Notes under the pieces: generated by a model
What the model was told of the DNA's origin: nothing
What the model saw: only the letters and a program-made list of their open reading frames with translations
Database searches by the model: none
In this document: one piece after another, positions 6,986 through 13,423 of the stretch
How the letters are laid out: every line of letters starts with the position of its first letter
How positions within the stretch are numbered: position 1 is the stretch's first letter
DNA from: Candidatus Iainarchaeum sp.
Lineage (GTDB): Archaea > Iainarchaeota > Iainarchaeia > Iainarchaeales > CSSED10-239
Length of the DNA: 13,468 bases
Direction of reading: 5' to 3'
Assembly (NCBI GenBank): GCA_003559395.1
Contig: PWLL01000016.1
Span: 1-13,468 of the forward strand
Position numbers and translations under genes: made by a program

Positions 6986-7792
6986 ATGGGTGAAGTTTAT
7001 ACGATTGTCTCAGGAAAAGGAGGCGTAGGAAAAACAACCGTTACTGCAAATTTAGGCATTGCTCTGACAGAGTCCTTTGGGTATTCTGTTTTAATGATAG
7101 ATGCTGATGTGGCAATGGCTAATCTTAGTTTGTTGATGGGTTTAAAGAGCCCACCAATAACTTTACATGACGTTTTGTTAGGGTCTTCGCCGGCAATGGA
7201 TGCTGTTTATGATGGCCCAAAAAACACAAAAATAATACCATCTGGTCTTTCTCTTTCAACTTACCAAAGAGTAGACGCTGACAGACTTGTTTCTGTTGTA
7301 AAAGAACTTCAGTCAAAGTTTGATTATATCTTGATTGATGCAGCTGCAGGTATAGAAAAAAACGTACTTGCTGCAATGTCAGCATCAACACAACTGATAT
7401 TAGTAACAGAACCAACAGCCCCGTCTGTTGCAGATGTTTTTAAAACAAAAATGGTTGCTCAAAGGATTAATCAAAGAGTCTTAGGAGTAATTGTAAACAA
7501 AACAAGTAATCAAAAAGGAGAAATTTCAGAAAAAGAAATAATGAAGATGTTAGAGATGCCTTCTTTTGGTAAAGTGCCTTATGCAGAAGATATTAGAACA
7601 TCTTTTTTACTTAAAAAAATAAAACCTGTTATGTTGCATAATCCATCTGGTTTTTCAGCAGAATCATTTAGAAAAATTGCAAGAAGAATAACAGGCAAAG
7701 AAGTAGAAACAACACAAGAAAAAGAAAAAAAAGGGTTGTTCTCTTTTTTAGGAAAAATTTTTAAGAAAAAGAAAAAAATAAAAAAAAAATAA
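6986..7792 (+). CDS. minD: MinD/ParA-family (SIMIBI) P-loop ATPase, archaeal MinD-like, with an amphipathic Lys-rich C-terminal tail
   Basis: A deviant Walker A (SGKGGVGKTT) lies at the N-terminus, followed by IDADVAMANL (switch I region) and ILIDAAAG (Walker B). The C-terminus KKGLFSFLGKIFKKKKKIKKK resembles the bacterial MinD membrane-targeting helix. Confidence 0.9.
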   Translation: MGEVYTIVSGKGGVGKTTVTANLGIALTESFGYSVLMIDADVAMANLSLLMGLKSPPITLHDVLLGSSPAMDAVYDGPKNTKIIPSGLSLSTYQRVDADRLVSVVKELQSKFDYILIDAAAGIEKNVLAAMSASTQLILVTEPTAPSVADVFKTKMVAQRINQRVLGVIVNKTSNQKGEISEKEIMKMLEMPSFGKVPYAEDIRTSFLLKKIKPVMLHNPSGFSAESFRKIARRITGKEVETTQEKEKKGLFSFLGKIFKKKKKIKKK

Positions 7793-7806
7793 AAATGTGA
7801 TGTATT

Positions 7807-8037
7807 ATGAACGATATAAAAGTAACAAGACCTTTTGATATGTTGAATAGTTCTTTAAATAAACAAGTATTGATTATACTTAAAGGAAATGTTCAAATAA
7901 GAGGCAAACTAAAATCATTTGATGTTCATTTGAATGTAGTTTTAGAAGATGCAGAAGAACTTTCTGGAGGAAAGCCAAAAACTAAATATGTTGAAGCTTT
8001 TTTAAGAGGCGACAATATAGTTTTTATAACTGTATAA
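7807..8037 (+). CDS. lsm: Sm-like archaeal protein (SmAP/LSm)
   Basis: The protein is 76 aa. It has an Sm1 motif (VLIILKGNVQIRGKLKSFDVHLNVVLEDAEE) and an Sm2 motif (FLRGDNIVFI). Confidence 0.9.
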   Translation: MNDIKVTRPFDMLNSSLNKQVLIILKGNVQIRGKLKSFDVHLNVVLEDAEELSGGKPKTKYVEAFLRGDNIVFITV

Positions 8038-8053
8038 ATAAAATAGAGAACTT

Positions 8054-9043
8054 ATGATATTGAACTTATACTCTGGAGAAGATCTTTTAGAAAACGCAGA
8101 TCTAATTAGTTTTTTTGAGTCAATATCAAGTTCTATTTTATTTTATTTTCTTCTTATTTTTGGTATTTTTTTAGTAATTGTTTTATTTATTTTTGTAATT
8201 AAGCCTCTTTTGTTTAAGCAAAATCCAGAGCAAATATATCAAAAATATAAAAGACTAAGAGAGGATATGGAAAGAATAGATATTCTTTATAGACAAAACG
8301 AAATTGGTTTTGAAGATTATGTTTTTGCACAGTTTAATAATGCAAAAGAATATGAACAAGTTATCTTGTTATTATCAAAATATCCAGAATATAAATCAAA
8401 GATAAAAAATTATAAAATAGAATATACAAAACAAAAAGAAGTAAAAGAAAGTAAGTTGTCTAAAGAAGAACTTATGTTGATGAAAAAAGTATCTTTACTT
8501 TATAATGTTTTAAGTCCTTTTGTAAAATATTATACAAAAAATGAACTTATTCAAGGAGTTCTTGATGAAGGCTATAATTTAAAAGTAGCAAATGCTTTAG
8601 TTAATAGGTTTTCACAAAACAATCTTATTTTTGCAGCAGAACATAGAAAAAGAGAAAGTAAAACTGCTAAAGTTATAAATAAAATGTTTGGTGTAAAAGA
8701 ACAAGAAGAAGTAATAGAAAAACCAGTTAAGAAAATACCTGATGTACAAGAGAAACAACCAAAAACTATAGAAGAAACCTACGTTAAAGAAAAACCAACT
8801 CCATATAAAGGTTATAAAGACTTTGATAGTTTAGAAGAAAGTATTGATATCTCTTCTTTAAACCAAAAAGAAAAACCAAATGTTTTTGAAGAAAAAACAG
8901 ATGTGAAAAGTTTTAAGTTTATAGATAATGTAGAAAAAAGACAAAGTTTTTTTAGTAGATTGTTTAAGAAAAAACCAAAAAAACCAACTGTTGATCAAAT
9001 AAATGATATCTTTAAGGATATTGGTGATCACATTAATAATTAG
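8054..9043 (+). CDS. Single-pass membrane protein with a long Lys/Glu-rich cytoplasmic region, unknown function
   Basis: One strong N-terminal TM helix (ILFYFLLIFGIFLVIVLFIFVI) is followed by about 270 aa of charged, probably helical or disordered sequence. It is the last gene of the same-strand cluster, with a 16-nt gap after the Sm gene. I recognise no family. Confidence 0.65.
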   Translation: MILNLYSGEDLLENADLISFFESISSSILFYFLLIFGIFLVIVLFIFVIKPLLFKQNPEQIYQKYKRLREDMERIDILYRQNEIGFEDYVFAQFNNAKEYEQVILLLSKYPEYKSKIKNYKIEYTKQKEVKESKLSKEELMLMKKVSLLYNVLSPFVKYYTKNELIQGVLDEGYNLKVANALVNRFSQNNLIFAAEHRKRESKTAKVINKMFGVKEQEEVIEKPVKKIPDVQEKQPKTIEETYVKEKPTPYKGYKDFDSLEESIDISSLNQKEKPNVFEEKTDVKSFKFIDNVEKRQSFFSRLFKKKPKKPTVDQINDIFKDIGDHINN

Positions 9044-9192
9044 TTTTTTGCAGAAATTAATAATAGTATTCCTATAATTATTAAAATTATACCAAAATAA
9101 GCATTAATTGTTGATAAAGGACCAGGTAAAGAAGGAATGTATGTTCCAATTCCGATTCCTAACAAAATTCCGCTTGCAAGTAGTTTACTCAT
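9040..9192 (-). CDS. Small (50 aa) hydrophobic protein with two predicted TM segments; not in the supplied ORF track
   Basis: Hand translation of the minus strand gives MSKLLASGILLGIGIGTYIPSLPGPLSTINAYFGIILIIIGILLLISAKN, with ATG at 9192-9190 and TAA at 9042-9040. There are two hydrophobic stretches separated by a Pro/Gly turn. It fills an otherwise empty 255-nt gap, and its stop overlaps the stop of the convergent 8054..9043 gene by 4 nt. Confidence 0.45.
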   Translation of the reverse strand: MSKLLASGILLGIGIGTYIPSLPGPLSTINAYFGIILIIIGILLLISAKN

Positions 9193-9298
9193 CATAAATC
9201 ACATTTTTGTTTATACTCTATATATATTAATAACAAATAAATATTAAATACCTTTTGTTTTTAAAATATATGTATGTTAAGATAAAAAAAGATCAATT

Positions 9299-9973
9299 AT
9301 GAAGAAAAATATAATATTTGGATTGTTTAATGTTTTGATAGATAAAGAAAATAATAAAAAAACATATTTGTTTGATTATCTAAAACCACTAGCTAATTTT
9401 TGTGAAAAGAATAATAAAAATATGTTTCTGGTTACTGGTCTTAAAGAATCAGAAGCAAATGAAATTGTTAAACAATATAATTTAGAAGATTTTTTTAAAA
9501 AAGAAAACATTATTAATATTACTGAAAAATATCAAGAAAGTTTAGGAGACCTAGATAAACAAATGAAACAACAAAAATATGATAAAGATAGATATTATGT
9601 AGACGAATATTTTAAAGTGTTTTATTTTAAAAATCAGTTTTTAGAAGAGATTAGTGATTCCTTGTATGTTGGTTCTGATATTTGGACTGATGGATATTAT
9701 TTGAAAAGATATGTGGAAATGGATTTTGTGTTAATAGAAGACTATCTTAAAAATAATAATAAACAAATACAAAAAGAAGCTTTTTCAGAAATTCATATTC
9801 TTAATCCTTCATTTGAAGATCTTAAAAAATATCTTACAGAAGAAAAAGAATTTAAATATGAACAACTAGAAAAATATGCACAAAAATATTTACACTCAGA
9901 AATGTTTGGAAATAAATTTAGTTTGTTTTCTAAAAAACAAATAAAAGATTTAATTAAAAAAAGAAAACGTTGA
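9299..9973 (+). CDS. HAD-superfamily-like protein with a degenerate catalytic motif I (possible pseudoenzyme)
   Basis: IIFGLFNVLID aligns by eye to HAD motif I (hhFDhDGTLhD), but both Asp residues are replaced. FLVTGLKESEANEIVKQYNLEDFF resembles the motif II region, and LYVGSDIWTD resembles motif IV (VGDSxxD) with an altered acidic pair. The stop overlaps the enolase start region. Confidence 0.55.
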   Translation: MKKNIIFGLFNVLIDKENNKKTYLFDYLKPLANFCEKNNKNMFLVTGLKESEANEIVKQYNLEDFFKKENIINITEKYQESLGDLDKQMKQQKYDKDRYYVDEYFKVFYFKNQFLEEISDSLYVGSDIWTDGYYLKRYVEMDFVLIEDYLKNNNKQIQKEAFSEIHILNPSFEDLKKYLTEEKEFKYEQLEKYAQKYLHSEMFGNKFSLFSKKQIKDLIKKRKR

Positions 9974-9978
9974 AGAAA

Positions 9979-11214
9979 ATGTATATAAAAGATATAAAAG
10001 CAACAAGAGTCTTAGACTCAAGAGGCGTACCAACCATTAAAACTTTTGTGTGGACAAAAGATGGTGTTGGTTCTGCAATTGTGCCTTCTGGGACAAGTGC
10101 TGGAAAAAAAGAAGCGTGCGAGCTAAGAGATGGAGGTGTAAGATATTTTGGACAAGATGTTTCTAAGGCCATTAAAAAAATAAATACTACAATTAAGAAA
10201 AAATTAGTTAACTCCTTTGTTATAGATCAGAAAGAAATAGACCAGATGTTGATTGATCTAGATGGTACTAATAATAAATCTAAACTTGGAGGAAACGCCA
10301 TATTATCTGTTAGTCAAGCTGTTTTGAAAGCTGCAGCAAACGAACTTCAAATACCTGTTCATAAATATGTTGCAGGACTTAATAAAACTAAAAAACAAAA
10401 AATGCCTATACCTCATCTAAACATAATCAATGGAGGGCAACATGCAGGCAATAATCTTTCTTTTCAAGAATTTCAGATTGTGCCTATGTTTAATAGTTTT
10501 GAAGAAAATATAAAAGCATCTGTTGAGATCTATCATACACTTAAAAAAGATTTAGAAAAAAAGTATGGACTTTCTGCAATAAATGTTGGTTATGAAGGTG
10601 GGTTTTGTCCACAACTGGAATCTAGTTTTGATGCTTTGTCTTTGATACAGGATGCAATCGATAAATGTAAATATACGAAAAAAGTAAAGCTTGCTGTTGA
10701 TGCTGCAGCAAACGAATTTTATGTTCGTAATAAATATCTTGTTGATGGAAAAGAACATACTTCTCTTGAGATGATTGATTATTATAAAAAGATAATCAAA
10801 GAATATAAACTTGTATCTATAGAAGACCCTTTTTCTGAAGATGATAAAAAACACTGGAGTTGTTTTTTAAAAGAAGTTTCTAAAACTAAAGTGATTGGAG
10901 ATGATCTTCTTGCAACTAATCCTAGACTTATAAAAGATGCTGTTAAAAAGAGATATTGTAATGGTCTTTTATTAAAGATAAATCAGATAGGCACAATAAC
11001 AGAAGCAATAGATGCGTTTAATATTGCTAAAAAAGCAGAGTGGAATGTACAAGTATCTCATAGATCTGGAGATACAGAAGATGCCTTTGTTGCTGATCTT
11101 GCCTATGGTTTAGCTTCTGATTCTGTTAAGTTTGGAGCACCTGCAAGAGGAGAAAGAACTTGTAAATATAATCGTTTGCTAGAGATTGAGGCTTTTAAAA
11201 ATTATTCTTTATAA
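9979..11214 (+). CDS. eno: Enolase (phosphopyruvate hydratase)
   Basis: The N-terminus is MYIKDIKATRVLDSRGVPTIKT. Other matching blocks are SGTSAGKKEA, AVDAAANEFY, IEDPFSEDD, GDDLLATNP, LLLKINQIGTITEA and SHRSGDTEDAFVADLA. I prefer the ATG at 9979, which gives the canonical enolase N-terminus, over the TTG at 9970 used by the ORF track. Confidence 0.93.
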   Translation: MYIKDIKATRVLDSRGVPTIKTFVWTKDGVGSAIVPSGTSAGKKEACELRDGGVRYFGQDVSKAIKKINTTIKKKLVNSFVIDQKEIDQMLIDLDGTNNKSKLGGNAILSVSQAVLKAAANELQIPVHKYVAGLNKTKKQKMPIPHLNIINGGQHAGNNLSFQEFQIVPMFNSFEENIKASVEIYHTLKKDLEKKYGLSAINVGYEGGFCPQLESSFDALSLIQDAIDKCKYTKKVKLAVDAAANEFYVRNKYLVDGKEHTSLEMIDYYKKIIKEYKLVSIEDPFSEDDKKHWSCFLKEVSKTKVIGDDLLATNPRLIKDAVKKRYCNGLLLKINQIGTITEAIDAFNIAKKAEWNVQVSHRSGDTEDAFVADLAYGLASDSVKFGAPARGERTCKYNRLLEIEAFKNYSL

Positions 11215-11246
11215 TTTTGTTTTTTCTTGTGTATTTTAAGAAAAAC
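11215..11246 (+). terminator. Oligo-T tract plus imperfect hairpin directly after the enolase stop
   Basis: TTTTGTTTTTTCTT starts immediately after TAA (11212-11214). GTTTTTTCTT (11219-11228) can pair with AAGAAAAAC (11238-11246) with one bulged T. Archaeal termination typically uses oligo-T tracts. Confidence 0.35.
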
Positions 11247-11427
11247 AACCTATTTAAACTTTTTGTAACTAAATATCTTTTAGTGTTGCATATAATTTCT
11301 TAAAAACAAATTTTTAGGAAAGATGAACCATTTGTTTTTGTTTTTTCAAAAACAGATGTTGTTTATAGTGGTTTATCTAAACTACAAGCAATATACAAAA
11401 ACTATACAAGAAATGGGGGAGTAAAAC

Positions 11428-11721
11428 ATGGAAGAAAATGTAGAAAGAAATATGGAGTCAAACACTATTTTTATCGGAAAGAAAGGGACCATGGCATATG
11501 TGCTTGCTGTTATTACACAGTTTAATCAAGGTGCAGATGACGTGGTAATAAAAGCTAGAGGTAAAACTATTTCTAAAGCAGTTGATGTTTCAGAGATTGT
11601 TAAAAACAAGTTTGTGAACACATTGAAGGTAGAAGCGATTAATATATCTACAGAAGAGATAGTTACTGAGAATGAAGCCCCAATGAAAGTTTCTGCAATC
11701 GAGATAAGATTAAAGAAATAA
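11428..11721 (+). CDS. albA: DNA/RNA-binding protein Alba
   Basis: The protein is 97 aa. IFIGKKGTMAYVLAVITQFNQGADDVVIKARGKTISKAVDVSEIVKNKF....VSAIEIRL is the canonical Alba (Sac10b) pattern. A GGGGGAG RBS-like site lies at about 11414-11420. Confidence 0.93.
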   Translation: MEENVERNMESNTIFIGKKGTMAYVLAVITQFNQGADDVVIKARGKTISKAVDVSEIVKNKFVNTLKVEAINISTEEIVTENEAPMKVSAIEIRLKK

Positions 11722-11742
11722 TTTTCTTTTTTCTTTTTTTTT
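11722..11742 (+). terminator. Oligo-T termination tract after alba, in the convergent gap
   Basis: The tract is TTTTCTTTTTTCTTTTTTTTT immediately after the alba stop codon. It lies between the convergent alba gene and the 484-aa minus-strand gene. Confidence 0.4.
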
Positions 11743-11746
11743 ATTT

Positions 11747-13201
11747 TCAAAATGATATTTCTGGGACAGGGATGTTGATTTTTGGAAAGTAGTTGTTTAT
11801 TTTTTCTAGTAGTGTTCTGTCTTTTGTTCTTATAGTTTCTTTTCTTATAGAAAATCTACATTCTTCTTGTGAAATCTGGTCGCAGGTTTTTTGTTTTATG
11901 CTTTTTATTGCAAGATCTACTTCTTGTTTATAGAATTTTGTGTTTTTATTTTGTATAAAGCTTATTGTTTCTTTTAGAAGATGAGTGTATAGGTTTTTCT
12001 CTGAATGATATAAATAAAATAAAGTGTTTTTTTCAAGTTTTTTTACTTGGCCTAAAGAGTTGTTAGAGTAGTTGAGGCTGGTTGTTAGGTTGATTGATTT
12101 TTCTACAACTTGTTTAAGGTTTAAGATGTCTTTTATTATTTCTGAAACAAAAGCTTTTTCTTTTTTACAAAACCATCTATATTCGTGATTTTCTTGTATT
12201 TCTATTTCTTTATCTTCTTTTAGTCTTAAAGCGTCAATAAGTAATATCTTTTTAGAATCTTTTCTGTAGAACGGGCCAACAGGATAGCTTGTTAATGAGT
12301 TTTGTTTTTTGTAGCTTTCTCTTTTTTCTTTTTCTTTATTTTTTATATGATATTCTTTGGACCAAAAATAATCTTTTGATATATAATAATAACCATCTTT
12401 AAGAAAGCTTACATTTATTAGTGAGTTTGATAACACATTTTTATCATGTATGTTTCTTGGTTTACAACATTGACAATTAAGACTTTCATAGCCTATGTTA
12501 TTTTCTTTTGTAAGAAGATATGCTATTGGCTCAGTTATGTCTATTTTTATTGTTTTGTCTTTTTTTTGCTTGTTTTCATAATTGTAGGGTAGTGATTCTT
12601 GTGGTTGTGGCAAGCCTTTTTTATAAAAATTATTTTCAAATATATAGTTGATTGTCTGTGTGGTTGTTATTTCTTTAGTTATCTTTTTTTTAAGATAGTT
12701 TGTAAGTATTATTTTTTTGGTTACTTGGTTTATTCTGGAAGATATTTTTAGGTCTAGGTTGTTTATTATTTTCTTAAGTATAAAGTTAAGGTTTGTTAGC
12801 GGGCTTTGAGAGATTTTGTTTATTTTTTTATTTTCAACTAAATAAAAAGTATCATAATAACTCCAATCTGAATCAATAAGAAATTGTCTTTCTGGTTCTA
12901 TTAAAAGAATGTTTTTGTTTGTTGATAGTTGTAATATCTTTTTACATTTTTGTAAAGTTTCATAGTCTTTTGCTTTTATCTCTAAAGCTTTTCTTTTTTC
13001 TGTAACAATTATGTTTTTTGAAAAATCTGAAAGAAGAGTTTTAGTAAGATCTTTTCTTAGGTTTATAAAAAATGATGGATAAAACTTTTCAGAGTGGATA
13101 AAGGTGTGTTTGTTAATCTCTTCTAGGTTGTTAGAAAACTTACACATTATCCTGCTTTTTTTTTCATCATACTCAACATTAACCAAAAACATTTTTTCCA
13201 T
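11747..13201 (-). CDS. Orphan 484-aa protein; possible miniaturised, exonuclease-less, catalytically degenerate family-B DNA-polymerase-like protein (hypothesis)
   Basis: This is a long uninterrupted ORF with ATG at 13201-13199 and TGA at 11749-11747. By-eye colinear resemblance to archaeal PolB landmarks: FLVNVEYD...FYPSFFINL (res 5-47), IEPERQFLIDSDW (101-113), KIDITEPIAYLL then LNCQCCKPRN (219-250), YKKQNSLTSYPVG (297-309), LLIDALR (320-326) and WFCKKEKAFV (343-352). The coding call is solid; the family call is speculative. Confidence 0.75.
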   Translation of the reverse strand: MEKMFLVNVEYDEKKSRIMCKFSNNLEEINKHTFIHSEKFYPSFFINLRKDLTKTLLSDFSKNIIVTEKRKALEIKAKDYETLQKCKKILQLSTNKNILLIEPERQFLIDSDWSYYDTFYLVENKKINKISQSPLTNLNFILKKIINNLDLKISSRINQVTKKIILTNYLKKKITKEITTTQTINYIFENNFYKKGLPQPQESLPYNYENKQKKDKTIKIDITEPIAYLLTKENNIGYESLNCQCCKPRNIHDKNVLSNSLINVSFLKDGYYYISKDYFWSKEYHIKNKEKEKRESYKKQNSLTSYPVGPFYRKDSKKILLIDALRLKEDKEIEIQENHEYRWFCKKEKAFVSEIIKDILNLKQVVEKSINLTTSLNYSNNSLGQVKKLEKNTLFYLYHSEKNLYTHLLKETISFIQNKNTKFYKQEVDLAIKSIKQKTCDQISQEECRFSIRKETIRTKDRTLLEKINNYFPKINIPVPEISF

Positions 13202-13237
13202 AATCTATTCCCCAATCTAAAGGCATTGTAAGTATTT

Positions 13238-13263
13238 CCTCTTTTCTTAAAGCAGAAAAGAGG
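13238..13263. other. Perfect 10-bp hairpin (CCTCTTTTCT / AGAAAAGAGG, 6-nt loop) 37 nt upstream of the 484-aa ORF start
   Basis: 13238-13247 is the exact reverse complement of 13254-13263. It lies between a TATA-like ATATATATAT element (about 13272-13283) and the ATG at 13201 of the minus-strand gene, so it would fall in the 5' leader or at the transcription start. Confidence 0.3.
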
Positions 13264-13423
13264 TGGTTACATAATATATATATGTCTTTAGAAACGGGGT
13301 TAATTTTGTAAGAGGGGTGTTGGCCAGTGCAAAAAGTGCATAAATTTCATTAATAAATACAAATATTTCTACTAAAAAACCCAAAATTTAAAACAAAATA
13401 AAAAAAAGAAAAAGTTGTTATCT

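Noticed and set aside
7125-7415. A 96-aa minus-strand ORF inside minD
   Set aside because: It is an antisense shadow of a strongly supported MinD CDS.
7765-7792. Poly-A/Lys runs at gene ends (minD tail, the 809..1612 tail) as frameshift sites or assembly errors
   Set aside because: The reading frames close cleanly with stops and the next genes start at normal spacing. Lys-rich tails fit the overall AT bias. This cannot be tested without reads.
9970-9978. TTG at 9970 as the enolase start, as in the ORF track
   Set aside because: The ATG at 9979 gives MYIKDIKATRVLDSRG, which matches the canonical enolase N-terminus. The TTG start would add only MKK and overlap the upstream stop. It is kept as a possible alternative only.
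9954-10172. A 72-aa minus-strand ORF over the enolase 5' region
   Set aside because: It is an antisense shadow of enolase and has no independent support.
10552-10854. A 100-aa minus-strand ORF inside enolase
   Set aside because: It is an antisense shadow ORF with Phe/Ile/Lys low-complexity translation.
11300-11360. Inverted repeats AAAAACAAAT/ATTTGTTTTT and GTTTTT/AAAAAC upstream of alba as a possible ncRNA or riboswitch
   Set aside because: They are built almost entirely from A/T homopolymer runs, which pair trivially in AT-rich DNA, and I recognised no conserved RNA motif.
11526-11750. A 74-aa minus-strand ORF over alba
   Set aside because: It is an antisense shadow of the alba CDS and extends into the oligo-T terminator tract.
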